Positions 16,052 to 25,569 of a stretch of 64,000 nt of DNA are shown here, one piece after another. The stretch spans positions 2,459,152-2,523,151 of the forward strand of contig OZ220692.1 of NCBI GenBank assembly GCA_965116485.1, read 5' to 3'. The notes beneath the pieces are model-generated. The model was not told the DNA's origin. It saw only the letters and a program-made list of their open reading frames with translations, and did no database searches. Position 1 is the first letter of the stretch, and the number at the start of each line of letters is the position of its first letter. Source of the stretch: Acidimicrobiales bacterium (lineage in GTDB: Bacteria; Actinomycetota; Acidimicrobiia; Acidimicrobiales; Aldehydirespiratoraceae). Both the position numbers and the translations under genes were made by a program.

Positions 16052-16128
16052 CAACGCAAAACCCCTAGTCAGTACAAGTTCTGTGCCGACCTGGGGTTCT
16101 GTCGTCCAGGTACGGGACACGTCCGTGG

Positions 16129-16887
16129 TTACACGGTGGCCCCAACAGATCCGCGCCCTGGCCCCTCCTCACGCCCTGAAGCGGCCCAGACCATGCCGCG
16201 GCGCATGATCTCGGTAACCTCAGGCTTGCGGAGGTCGTCGATCTCATGGCCGATCGAGCAGTAGAAGACTCGGCCCTGGTCCCACCGTCGCTTCCACACG
16301 ACCGGGATCGTGGACCCTTCGATCCACCAGAGATGGTCGCCGGAGAAGGTCGTCGTCGCGAGAACGTCGTTCGAAGGGTCGACGAGCATGTAGTACTGCT
16401 CCGACAGCAGCCGGAAGCTTCCGATCCCCGCAACGATCGGGTCGGCCGGTTTGGTGATCGTGACGTCGTAGTCGACATAGTCATCGGATGGGACGGGGTT
16501 GTCGGGCCACCCGGGCGGATGGGCAACGAACTGGCCACCGATGAGGAAGTGGTACGTGGGCCGATCCCGGAACGCGTCCCCCATGTGACCGTGCCAACCC
16601 GCAATCCCACAGCCGTTAGCGATCAATTCGAGCAGGCCATCTTCTTCGGCCTTGTTCATGTTGCCGAATTCGGGCTGGTGAGCCGAGCGTGCGCTCGACC
16701 AGATCGGCACGATCAGGTCGACGTCGGCCATGGAACCCGGGGTAGCCAGCGGCGCCAAGGTGTCATAGGAGAAGACGTTGAAGCCCTCCGCTTCCAGAAG
16801 GTCGGTGGCCCAGTCGCAGAATGCCTGCGGTCTGTGCCCCTCCCAACCTCCGACGAACAAGGCCGCGGTCTTGGTGGCTCTGGTCAC
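16129..16887 (-). CDS. ThuA-domain protein
   Basis: 252 aa. Resembles ThuA (trehalose-utilisation) family proteins: GWHGHMGDAF, FVAHPPGW, VFYCSIGH. Confidence 0.7.
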   Translation of the reverse strand: MTRATKTAALFVGGWEGHRPQAFCDWATDLLEAEGFNVFSYDTLAPLATPGSMADVDLIVPIWSSARSAHQPEFGNMNKAEEDGLLELIANGCGIAGWHGHMGDAFRDRPTYHFLIGGQFVAHPPGWPDNPVPSDDYVDYDVTITKPADPIVAGIGSFRLLSEQYYMLVDPSNDVLATTTFSGDHLWWIEGSTIPVVWKRRWDQGRVFYCSIGHEIDDLRKPEVTEIMRRGMVWAASGREEGPGRGSVGATV

Positions 16888-17750
16888 GAGTTGCTCCTGA
16901 GATGTGAGAGAACGGCCGCCATGTCGCGCTCACCGAAGCCGTCAGCTTCCGCCGAGCGGAGCTGGGCCAGGTTGAGTTCGGTCTGCGGCAGCGCGACATC
17001 GGTCGCTGCCGCGAGCTCGACGGCGAGTTCCAGGTCTTTGCGCGCCAAAGAAAGGGCGAAAGACACCGGGTTGTCAGCTTCTGCGAGATACTGGGGCTTT
17101 CGGTAGCCGATCATCGGCGCGGCAGCCGCGGAGTTCTCGATCACCTCGTACGCGAGCGCCGGTTCGACACCATTCGTTTCGGCCAGCGTCAGCGCTTCAC
17201 TCAGCGATTGGTTGACGCTGTGGATCATGAGGTTGACGGCCAGCTTCATGGTTGCGGCGGTGCCAGGCTGACCGAGCCAGATGATCTGTCGGCTCATGGC
17301 CTCGAGTGTCGGCCGGATCACCTCGCCGGTCTCTGCGTCGGCTCCGACCATGATGAGGAGTCGGGCTGAGCTCGCCGCGTCGATCGAACCCGACACCGGA
17401 GCGTCGATCACGAGCCGTTGGCCGCTCGACGCCTGCAACTCACGAACATGCTCCACGCTCAGCGTGCCCATCTCTACGAACACCTGCGCACCGCGGGCGG
17501 CCGCAAAGAGGCCGTCATCTCCGAAGTGCACAGCGCGCGATGCGTCATCGTCGGCCAGCATCGTGATCACGATGTCGCAGCCTTCGGCCACTACGCGAGG
17601 CGTGTCGGCAATCTCAGCGCCGATTTCGTCGGCCAGCGCGGTCGCCTTCGGGCGGCTCCGGTTCCACAGCATCAGTGAAAACCCGGCCTGAGCCAGGTTG
17701 ACCGCCATCGGTGCGCCCATTCGCCCGAGACCGATGACGCCGACTCGCAT
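16884..17750 (-). CDS. NAD(P)-dependent oxidoreductase, 3-hydroxyisobutyrate dehydrogenase family
   Basis: Real start MRVGVIGLGRMGAPMAVNL (ATG 17750, overlapping the upstream TGA by 1 nt). The remainder of ORF 16884-18410 is antisense to the SDR gene. Confidence 0.8.
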   Translation of the reverse strand: MRVGVIGLGRMGAPMAVNLAQAGFSLMLWNRSRPKATALADEIGAEIADTPRVVAEGCDIVITMLADDDASRAVHFGDDGLFAAARGAQVFVEMGTLSVEHVRELQASSGQRLVIDAPVSGSIDAASSARLLIMVGADAETGEVIRPTLEAMSRQIIWLGQPGTAATMKLAVNLMIHSVNQSLSEALTLAETNGVEPALAYEVIENSAAAAPMIGYRKPQYLAEADNPVSFALSLARKDLELAVELAAATDVALPQTELNLAQLRSAEADGFGERDMAAVLSHLRSNS

Positions 17751-18565
17751 CACACGAGCTCCATCCCGCCATCGATCATGACGATCTGGCCGGTCATATA
17801 ATCGCTGGCCGGCGATGCCAGGAAGGTCGTGGTGCCGACGATGTCGGCAGGTGTGGCAACACGCCCCTTCAAGATCTCCGACGAGAACTCCTCCATCGCC
17901 TGCCCCGGCCGCTCCGCCGCCCCGATCTCCATGAGGTCTCTGTCGACCTCTTCCCACATCTCGGTCGCAACCACCCCGGGAGCGAACCCCGTCACCGTGA
18001 TGTCGTGCTTGGCGAGGTCTCGCGCTGCGGACTGGGTGAGCGAGACGGCGGCCCACTTCGACGCGCAGTACGGGGCGACATTGTCGAACCCCTGACGGCT
18101 TGCGATCGACGCGGTGTTGATGATCTTGCCTCCGGTTCCTTGGGCGATCATCTGTTTGGCCGCCTCCTGCGTTCCGATCAGGACCCCGAGTCCGTTCACC
18201 CGCATGATGAAGTCCCAGTTCTCCTCGGTGACGTCCAAGAAGTTCATGGGCTTGTTGACACCCGCATTGTTGAACTTCACATCGAGCCGTCCGAACGCAT
18301 CGACGGTCTGCGCGATCATCGCCTGGACCTGGCTGCGGTCGGTGACGTCGACCGCGACCCCGAGGACCTTCACACCCAGCGCTGCAGCCCGCGGCTCGTT
18401 CGCAGCGCATACCTCGGCGACAAGATCGGCGTTGAGATCAGCGAAGCACACGTGGGCGCCCTCGGCGACGAGGGCCTCGCCGATCGCACGACCGATCCCG
18501 CGCGCCGCACCGGTGACGATGCAGGCGCGGCCGTTCATAACTCCCATCGGACAACTCCTCTTCAC
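17750..18565 (-). CDS. Short-chain dehydrogenase/reductase (SDR)
   Basis: CIVTGAARGIGRAIGEAL (TGxxxGxG), NNAG, YCASKWA catalytic YxxxK. The start could be an internal ATG a few codons in. Confidence 0.85.
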   Translation of the reverse strand: MKRSCPMGVMNGRACIVTGAARGIGRAIGEALVAEGAHVCFADLNADLVAEVCAANEPRAAALGVKVLGVAVDVTDRSQVQAMIAQTVDAFGRLDVKFNNAGVNKPMNFLDVTEENWDFIMRVNGLGVLIGTQEAAKQMIAQGTGGKIINTASIASRQGFDNVAPYCASKWAAVSLTQSAARDLAKHDITVTGFAPGVVATEMWEEVDRDLMEIGAAERPGQAMEEFSSEILKGRVATPADIVGTTTFLASPASDYMTGQIVMIDGGMELV

Positions 18566-19605
18566 GAGCGGCTCGGCGCCGGCTCGACTGAATGTTCTCT
18601 CGGCTGAGCGGTCGACTCGCGAACGACCAACTCGGGAGCCAGCATCACCTCGGTGTCGGCTCGGTTCCCCTGATGTCGGACAAAACCCAGTTCGGCGGCC
18701 AAGCGCCCGAGTTCATAGCCCGGGAGCCGGATGGTGGTCAGTGGCACCCGAAGCCGGTCGCTGAGAGGAACGTCGTTGAACCCGACCACGGAGATTTCGC
18801 TTGGGCACTCAAGTCCGCTCGCTCGCATCGTCTCGATCGCCCCGACGGCGATGCTGTCGTTGTGAGCGAAGAGCGCGGTGGGCAAGTCCTCGGGACGGTT
18901 CAAAAGGACGGTCGCGAGTTGCTCACCGGCCTCGAGGGTCGGCAGGTGAACGGCGGCATCGATATTGATGCATTCCCCACCCCCCGCCTCGATGACATCG
19001 CGGAAGCCGCGACCCCGAGCCTCGAACGATGAGATGTCCTGGGGTCCGATGAGTTGCGCGACGCGTTTGTGGCCGAGGGAGAGCAAGTGCTCAGCCGCGA
19101 GCCGGCCACCGGCCACGTCATCGTGGGCCACCGTACAGATGCCGGACCCGGGCAGTTCACGAACCGCCAGCACCAACGGGACCTCGTCGGCCACCCGTCG
19201 CAGGAGGGCGCGGTCCTGGCATCTCGCGGCCGCCACGATCAGCCCGTCGACTCGCTGGGCGAGCAACTTGTCGCAGATCCTTGCCAACTCCTCGGACGAG
19301 TCGCGTGACTCGATCATGATGGGAAGGAGATCTCTGCTGCTCAGGGCGTTTGCAATGCCGCGCAGGACGGGTCCCACGAAGGGGTTGCTGAGGTCAGCGA
19401 CGACCACTCCGATCGTTCCCGTGCGTCCACGGCGCAGGGCCGATGCCTGCAGGTTGCCTCGATAGCCCAACGCGTTGGCGGCCTCGAGGACCCGCAGACG
19501 GGTCGCAGGTTTCACTAGCGCCTGCTTGTCGGCACTCAGCGCCCGCGACGCTGTCGCCACGTTCACTCCGGCCTGGTCGGCAACGTCTTTGAGGGTGACA
19601 CGCAT
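18562..19605 (-). CDS. LacI-family transcriptional regulator
   Basis: N-terminal HTH MRVTLKDVADQAGVNVATASRAL followed by a periplasmic-binding-fold effector domain. Confidence 0.85.
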   Translation of the reverse strand: MRVTLKDVADQAGVNVATASRALSADKQALVKPATRLRVLEAANALGYRGNLQASALRRGRTGTIGVVVADLSNPFVGPVLRGIANALSSRDLLPIMIESRDSSEELARICDKLLAQRVDGLIVAAARCQDRALLRRVADEVPLVLAVRELPGSGICTVAHDDVAGGRLAAEHLLSLGHKRVAQLIGPQDISSFEARGRGFRDVIEAGGGECINIDAAVHLPTLEAGEQLATVLLNRPEDLPTALFAHNDSIAVGAIETMRASGLECPSEISVVGFNDVPLSDRLRVPLTTIRLPGYELGRLAAELGFVRHQGNRADTEVMLAPELVVRESTAQPREHSVEPAPSRS

Positions 19606-19709
19606 CAGGCAATTATTCCCGATTCCGGCGTTAAGTCGCGGAACCCAGAGCTTCCTGGAGGAGGGATCCGTCCCTCCGGGTCCCGCGACTTCACGCCATC
19701 AATCGACTC

Positions 19710-20798
19710 CTACCACTCTGGAGCGACAGACGGGTCGTCGGCGTTTTCGGCGGTGACCTTCACCGAGGGCATGAACTTCACGACACGCTCACCGGAGCCG
19801 CCGCCGGTCAGTACCTCGTGGGCGGTGACCGCAGCGTTCTCTCCATCCCAGCTCGACGACTGGAACACGGTGCCGTCGATCTGCCCGTCGATCACGAGCG
19901 GGTTGCCGAGGAAGGTGTTGCCGATCGAGGTGATGATGAGATCGGCCGGATCGATGTCGCGGGCGATGAGCGCATCGACCACACCGGCGACCATCGTGTC
20001 GTCAGCGGCGTACACGCCACCGATGTTCTCAGCGCCGACCGCGGTGATCATCTCCGACGCCGCGAGCTGCGAGTCGTCCTTGTTCCAGTTGCCCGGCTGA
20101 TCAGCGAGAATCGTCACGTTCGGGCAGTTCGCCGCGACCGTGTCCTCGAAGCCGGCCTTGCGGTCGATCGCCGTGGAGTTGCCCGCCGCGCCGTTCACCA
20201 TGATGATGCCGACTTCGTCGTCGCCGGCAAACTCACAGAACATCTCGGCCGAGGACACGCCCTGGCCGTACGTGTCGGGACCCGAGTACGCCGCTGACAG
20301 CGCCTGGTCGTCCGGGATCAGGTCGGAGTTGGTGACCGTCACCGGGATGCCGGCATCGGCCGCTGCCTCGAGACATGGACGCACTTGGTCGCCCACCGCC
20401 GGCCACAGGATGATGAGGTCCGGATCAGCTGCGACGGCGACCTCGCAGTCGCTGGCCTGCTGTTCACCGTCATAGCCGGAGTTGACGATGTTGAGGTTCA
20501 AGCCGAGTTCGTCAGCCTTCGCCCGGAAGGGCGGCAGGTAGGTCGTGCCGTACGGCTGATCGTTGCCCTGCGGAAGCAGCGCGAACACCTCGAACGTCTC
20601 GCTGTCATCGGACGAAGCAGTGTCATCGGACGAAGCGCTGTCATCGGACGAAGCAGTGTCATCGGACGAAGCAGTGTCATCGGACGAACCGCTGTCATCG
20701 TCGCCGCATGCAGCAGCCACGAGCGTGAACGCGACGAGCACGCTCACAAGCAGCCTCCACCGCTTGGTCGGGTTGGGGTTCTCTCTCATTGGATTCAC
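19710..20798 (-). CDS. Sugar-type ABC transporter substrate-binding lipoprotein
   Basis: Signal peptide with lipobox LVAAACGDD, an acidic SSDDTA repeat linker, then a periplasmic sugar-binding fold. Confidence 0.8.
   Translation of the reverse strand: MNPMRENPNPTKRWRLLVSVLVAFTLVAAACGDDDSGSSDDTASSDDTASSDDSASSDDTASSDDSETFEVFALLPQGNDQPYGTTYLPPFRAKADELGLNLNIVNSGYDGEQQASDCEVAVAADPDLIILWPAVGDQVRPCLEAAADAGIPVTVTNSDLIPDDQALSAAYSGPDTYGQGVSSAEMFCEFAGDDEVGIIMVNGAAGNSTAIDRKAGFEDTVAANCPNVTILADQPGNWNKDDSQLAASEMITAVGAENIGGVYAADDTMVAGVVDALIARDIDPADLIITSIGNTFLGNPLVIDGQIDGTVFQSSSWDGENAAVTAHEVLTGGGSGERVVKFMPSVKVTAENADDPSVAPEW
20601..20700. repeat. 18-bp tandem repeat (about 5.5 copies) in the SBP linker
   Basis: The unit (g/a)(c/g)tgtcatcggacgaagc is repeated head to tail and encodes SSDD(T/S)A repeats on the minus strand. 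Confidence 0.85.
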
Positions 20799-20870
20799 TG
20801 GATCCTTTCTTGGTGTCGAGATCTCGACATTGTGGTTTTCACTGGTTTTCAGCGATTGGGTTGGGGAGCC

Positions 20871-21893
20871 TCAGCCGACGTTGCGGACCCACCGCGCCGA
20901 GCGGGCACGGGCCATCACCGCGCGCATGGTGGCCGGGTCAGTGACCACGGCGACGAAGAGCACGAGGCCGATGATGATGTTCTGGACGTCGTTCTCGACG
21001 CCATCGAAGGTCATGCCGATCTGCAAGATGGCGAGCGACGCCGCGCCGAGCAGTGTTCCGAAGACTGAGCCCCGGCCACCGTTGAGAAGAATGCCGCCGA
21101 CGATCGCTGCCGCGAAGCTCGTGAGCAGCGCGTTGCTCCCTGCGGTGGGATCAGCCGTCGTGAGCTGGAGGGTGACGATTATGCCGGCGCCGGCGGCGAC
21201 GAAACCCGAGATCATGAAGCCGGTGAACACTCGACGACGCACGGGGATACCAGCATCGCGGGCGGCCTCCCGGTTGCCGCCGACCGCGTAGAACTCGCGC
21301 CCTACGCGCACACGGGTCACGAAGATCGAGATGGCGATGAACGTGAGGAAGAATATGAGCACGCGAGGAGTGATCTCACCGAAGAGCGGCTTCCCGAAGT
21401 CGAGCGCGAAATCCTTGTTCGCCATCACGACCGGTTCCTCGTCGGAGATGACGAACGCCATTCCTCGCAGGAAGAACAGCATCCCGAGCGTGGCGATGAA
21501 GGAGTTGATACCCACCGCCACGACGAAGAACGCATTCACGGCGCCAATGAGGAGACCCAACGCCAGCGCGACGATGATCCCGAGCAGGACGCTGTCGAAG
21601 CTGGCCATTACGACACCCGAAACCGCCAGGATGCTGGCGATACTGAGGTCGAGCTCGCCCATCAGGATCACTGCGGTCAACCCGACCGCGGTCAGGCCGA
21701 GGATGGCGAGACGTCCGAGCGTCACCTCATAGGCGGTGAAGACCCTCGACTCCACGAGGAGGGCCCAGATCGAGACCGCGACGAGCAGAATGACCGCTCG
21801 TCCCTCGGTGCGCCGAGCAAAGGTCGCCTTGATCCGACCGATCAGGTCGGGCTTCTCGTCGTTGCCAAGGTCGAGGGTTGCGGCCTGCGTCAT
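20871..21893 (-). CDS. ABC transporter permease (ribose/xylose-type)
   Basis: 340-aa polytopic membrane ORF. 4-bp overlap with the upstream permease gene. Confidence 0.8.
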   Translation of the reverse strand: MTQAATLDLGNDEKPDLIGRIKATFARRTEGRAVILLVAVSIWALLVESRVFTAYEVTLGRLAILGLTAVGLTAVILMGELDLSIASILAVSGVVMASFDSVLLGIIVALALGLLIGAVNAFFVVAVGINSFIATLGMLFFLRGMAFVISDEEPVVMANKDFALDFGKPLFGEITPRVLIFFLTFIAISIFVTRVRVGREFYAVGGNREAARDAGIPVRRRVFTGFMISGFVAAGAGIIVTLQLTTADPTAGSNALLTSFAAAIVGGILLNGGRGSVFGTLLGAASLAILQIGMTFDGVENDVQNIIIGLVLFVAVVTDPATMRAVMARARSARWVRNVG

Positions 21894-22891
21894 GAGCTTC
21901 CCAGCTTTCGGGCAAGGGCATCGACCGAGACCGCTAACACGATAAGGGCACCGATCGCCATCTGCTGGTAACCGAAGCCGAATCCGGACAGGACCATGAT
22001 GTTGGTGAGCACACTCACGAACACCACACCGAGCAGGGTGCGAAGCACGCTTCCCTTGCCGCCGAACACACTTGTGCCACCCACGATGATGGCGGCGAGC
22101 GCCTCGAAGTCGAAGCCCGAGGACATCGACGAGACCGCAGTATTGGAGAAGGCAGCCAGGACCCAGCCACCGAGCATGGCGCCGAGGGCGGAGAAGGTGA
22201 AGGCGCCGATAACGACGAGCGGCGTGTTGACACCAGCCAGGCGGGTCGCCTCCCGGTTGGACCCGAAGGATTTGACGAGGAAGCCGAACGTCGTGTTCGT
22301 CAGCACAAAATGCAGTGCCAACGCCACGATGATCAGGACCAACATCGCTAACGGGAACGGGCCGAGCTCGGTCTTCCCGAAGGTCGCGATGACCCCGTCG
22401 GGGTCACCGAAGTAGATACTGCCGCCACTCGCCCACCGCAGGACGCCGAGACCGATGAAGGTGGTTGAGAGGGTGACGATCACTGCGTTGGCCCCAAACA
22501 CGCCAACCGCCACGCCGTTGACGGTTCCGTAGACGATGGCCACCAACAGCCCCAGCGCCATCCCGAGGAGCATGTTGTTGGTGTTGCTCACCGCGATCAG
22601 CAGCACGGCCGAGGTCGCGACCTGCGAGACCACGGAAAGATCGAGGTAGTTGGCACTGATCACGACGAAGGTCATGCCGACGGCGACGATGCCGATCGGG
22701 GCCGCCCGGTTGAAGACGTCGGTGATGTTGTCGACGCTGGCGAACCCGTCAATGAAGATCGCGGAAAAGAGGACGAGCAAGGTGGTGAAGACGAAGATGC
22801 CGCGATCGGCCACCCAGTCGAGCACCGACGACGCTTTCTCCTCCTCTTCGGCGGACGCCGCTGCCACCGCGACCGTGCCGACGTTGTCCAC
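21890..22891 (-). CDS. ABC transporter permease
   Basis: The membrane part of ORF 21890-23053. Start placed at GTG 22891 (preceded by gggagggggcagc) because the longer ORF would cover the operator at 22940-22953. Confidence 0.7.
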   Translation of the reverse strand: MDNVGTVAVAAASAEEEEKASSVLDWVADRGIFVFTTLLVLFSAIFIDGFASVDNITDVFNRAAPIGIVAVGMTFVVISANYLDLSVVSQVATSAVLLIAVSNTNNMLLGMALGLLVAIVYGTVNGVAVGVFGANAVIVTLSTTFIGLGVLRWASGGSIYFGDPDGVIATFGKTELGPFPLAMLVLIIVALALHFVLTNTTFGFLVKSFGSNREATRLAGVNTPLVVIGAFTFSALGAMLGGWVLAAFSNTAVSSMSSGFDFEALAAIIVGGTSVFGGKGSVLRTLLGVVFVSVLTNIMVLSGFGFGYQQMAIGALIVLAVSVDALARKLGSS

Positions 22892-22939
22892 GCTGCCCCC
22901 TCCCACGTTGGCTTGCGTAACACGAACCGTAGCGATATG

Positions 22940-22953
22940 TGCAATCGATTGCA
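22940..22953. promoter_or_regulatory. LacI-type operator, perfect palindrome tgcaatcgattgca
   Basis: 14-bp perfect inverted repeat in the divergent region between the permease operon and the M24 gene. Confidence 0.6.
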
Positions 22954-23038
22954 AACCGAACTTGAACACCATGCTTCGACGATCGCACTCTCCTAGCGAA
23001 AAATAGGGTTCTCCGCTCTTCAAACACCAGTGATCGTT

Positions 23039-23052
23039 TGCAATCGTTTGCA
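23039..23052. promoter_or_regulatory. LacI-type operator tgcaatcgtttgca
   Basis: Second site in the same intergenic region. One position off a perfect palindrome. Confidence 0.6.
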
Positions 23053-23143
23053 CGCAGTCGTACGATTCGGCCCAGCTACCGTCCCCTGCTCAGGGGACCG
23101 GCGGCGCCCGAAGCGGCGTAGGAACAAAGAAGGAGACGACGGG

Positions 23144-24496
23144 ATGTGCACAGGTGGAAAGGCGATGAGCTCTCAGTTCTCCCTCGCGGGCGACGCTAAC
23201 ACCCACAAGCCACAGCAGAAGTACGGAATGCTCGACCCGGACGTGACGCAGGAGTTTCCCGTCGGACGGATTCCGGCGCCGGGGTCGATGGCGGTCGACT
23301 ACGAGAAGCGGGTCGACTTCGATCGTCTGCGCGACTACCGCCTCAACCGGGTCCGTGAGGCGCTCGACGCGTCCTCGGTCGGCGCGCTCTTGTGCTTCGA
23401 CACGAACAACATCCGCTACACCACCAGCACGCAGATCGGTGAGTGGGCCCGCGACAAGATGCACCGCTTCTCGCTGTTCGCCCGCGACGGTCGACCCATG
23501 GTGTGGGACTTCGGGTCGGCGGCGGCGCACCACCGCTTGCATTGCCCCTGGCTCGAGCCCGAAGACTGTCGTGCCGGGCTCAACGGACTTCGCGGCGCCA
23601 TTCCTCCCGACAACGGCCTGTTCGAGCGGACGGCGAAAGAAATCGCGAGCATGCTGCGCGAACAGGGGGTCGCCGATATGCCCCTCGGCGTCGACGTCGC
23701 TGAACCGCCGATGCTGTTCGCGCTCCAAGAGGAAGGCATCACGGTCGTCGACGGACAGCAGATCATGCTCGACGCGCGCGAGATCAAGTCGCAAGACGAG
23801 ATCATGCTGTTGACCACGGCCGCCTCGATGGTCGACGGCGCCTACCAGACGATCTCGGAGATCCTTAAGCCGGGAGTTCGCGAGAGCGAAATCGTCGCTG
23901 CGGTCAACAAGCGGCTGTACGAAATGGGCTCCGATGACGTCGAGGCGGTGAATGCTGTGTCAGGCGAACGCTGCAGCCCGCATCCCCACAACTTCTCCGA
24001 CCGCCTCCTTCGCCCTGGCGACCAGGCCTTCTTCGACATCATTCAGTCGTTCAACGGCTACCGCACCTGCTACTACCGGACGCTGAACGTGGGCCGAGCG
24101 ACCACCGCGCAAAAGGATGCGTACGCCCAGGCTCGCGAGTGGATCGACATGGCAATCCAGACGATCAAGCCCGGCGTCAGCACCAAGACGGTAGCCGAAG
24201 GCTTCCCGGCGGCTGAGGAGTTCGGCTTCGACAGCGAGTTCGAAGCCTTCGGACTCCAGTTCGGCCACGGACTCGGACTCGGGCTCCACGAACGCCCGAT
24301 AATCAGCCGGGTCAACTCCCTCGATCACCCCATGGAGATCGAGCAGAACATGGTGTTCGCGCTCGAGACCTATTGCCCCGCGAGCGACGGTGTCTCTGCG
24401 GCGCGGATCGAAGAGGAAGTCGTCGTCACCGCTGACGGTTGCGAAGTCATCACCCTCTTCCCCGCCGAAGAGCTGTTCATCGCCAACGAGTACTGA
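23144..24496 (+). CDS. M24-family metallopeptidase-fold protein (creatinase/prolidase-like)
   Basis: Start ATG 23144 preceded by gaaggagacgacggg. HGLGLGLHERP and EEVVVTADGCEVIT are typical pita-bread-fold motifs. Confidence 0.7.
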   Translation: MCTGGKAMSSQFSLAGDANTHKPQQKYGMLDPDVTQEFPVGRIPAPGSMAVDYEKRVDFDRLRDYRLNRVREALDASSVGALLCFDTNNIRYTTSTQIGEWARDKMHRFSLFARDGRPMVWDFGSAAAHHRLHCPWLEPEDCRAGLNGLRGAIPPDNGLFERTAKEIASMLREQGVADMPLGVDVAEPPMLFALQEEGITVVDGQQIMLDAREIKSQDEIMLLTTAASMVDGAYQTISEILKPGVRESEIVAAVNKRLYEMGSDDVEAVNAVSGERCSPHPHNFSDRLLRPGDQAFFDIIQSFNGYRTCYYRTLNVGRATTAQKDAYAQAREWIDMAIQTIKPGVSTKTVAEGFPAAEEFGFDSEFEAFGLQFGHGLGLGLHERPIISRVNSLDHPMEIEQNMVFALETYCPASDGVSAARIEEEVVVTADGCEVITLFPAEELFIANEY

Positions 24497-24504
24497 TTGC
24501 CACG

Positions 24505-25569
24505 ATGACGACCATGCCGTCGTACGAAGAGTACGGCAACCACGACCCCGTCTTCCCGGAGCCGGTCGATCACAGCAATTCCGAACTCCCCATTGAGCCC
24601 GAAGTGCGGCTGGAGCTGTACCGACTCCAGCAGGAGATCCGGCAATTCGAGAAGCGTGCCTACGACCTCTTCCTCAAGGGCTTGGTGAAGGGCACCAGCC
24701 ACCTCTCACTCGGGATGGAGGCCATCGCCGCCGGCTTCGGCGCCGCGATGAAGCCCGGAGACTGGACGTTCGCGACCTACCGCGGCCATGCCCACACCCT
24801 GGCGCGGGGCGTCCCGATGACCCCGATCATGGCTGAGTTGCTCGGCCGCGAGAACGGCCTTCTTGGCGGGAAAGGCGGCTCGATGCACCTGACCAGCGTC
24901 GAACACGGTGTCATGGGCAGTTACGCGATCATCGGCGCCCACCTCTGTGTGGCCAACGGCGCAGCCTGGAGTGCTCAGTATCGAGGAACCGATCAGGTTG
25001 CCGTGGCCTTCTTCGGTGACGGCACGACAAACATCGGAGCCTTCCACGAGGCGATCAACTTCGCCAAGGTCTGGAATCTCCCGACCGTGTTCGTCTGCGA
25101 GAACAACCTCTACATGGAGTACACCGCCATCGGTGACGTCGCCGCCGTTCCCAATCCGGCCGCCGACCGCGCCGCCGCCTATGGACTAGAGTCGGTCATC
25201 GTCGACGGGAACGACGCCGACGACGTGTACATGGCAGCGACACGAGCACTCGAGGTTGCGCGCGCCGGAAACGGACCTTCGCTCATCGAAGCGAAGACCT
25301 ATCGGCACGGCGGACACAGCCGCGCCGACCCCGGGAAGTATCGACCACAACAAGAGGTCGATGCCTGGCTGGAGCGCGACCCGATCCCGATGTACCACCA
25401 ACGCCTCCTCGGCCTGGGCGTCGAGGAGGGCATGCTCTCCACGATCGCGACCACGACCGGAGCCGCCGTCGATGTGGCGACCGAAGGAGCGATCGCCGGT
25501 CGCATCCCCACTCTAGACACGATCTACACCGATGTCTGGGCCGACGGAGGTTCCGAATGGCGCAACTGA
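24505..25569 (+). CDS. Thiamine-diphosphate-dependent 2-oxoacid dehydrogenase E1 alpha subunit
   Basis: Start MTTMPSYEEY (ATG 24505). GTSHLSLGMEAIAAGF and FFGDGTTNIGAFHEAINFAKVWNLP (TPP motif). Confidence 0.85.
   Translation: MTTMPSYEEYGNHDPVFPEPVDHSNSELPIEPEVRLELYRLQQEIRQFEKRAYDLFLKGLVKGTSHLSLGMEAIAAGFGAAMKPGDWTFATYRGHAHTLARGVPMTPIMAELLGRENGLLGGKGGSMHLTSVEHGVMGSYAIIGAHLCVANGAAWSAQYRGTDQVAVAFFGDGTTNIGAFHEAINFAKVWNLPTVFVCENNLYMEYTAIGDVAAVPNPAADRAAAYGLESVIVDGNDADDVYMAATRALEVARAGNGPSLIEAKTYRHGGHSRADPGKYRPQQEVDAWLERDPIPMYHQRLLGLGVEEGMLSTIATTTGAAVDVATEGAIAGRIPTLDTIYTDVWADGGSEWRN

Larger units (their letters stand above)
15694..16055. repeat. 362-bp three-tRNA cassette, copy 2 (more degenerate)
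   Basis: Direct repeat of 13671-14032. Substitutions fall on conserved tRNA positions (see the three tRNA entries). Confidence 0.85.

Noticed and set aside
17751-18410. N-terminal 220 aa of the 508-aa ORF 16884-18410
   Set aside because: It is antisense to the SDR gene 17750-18565. The dehydrogenase fold starts at MRVGVIGLG (ATG 17750).
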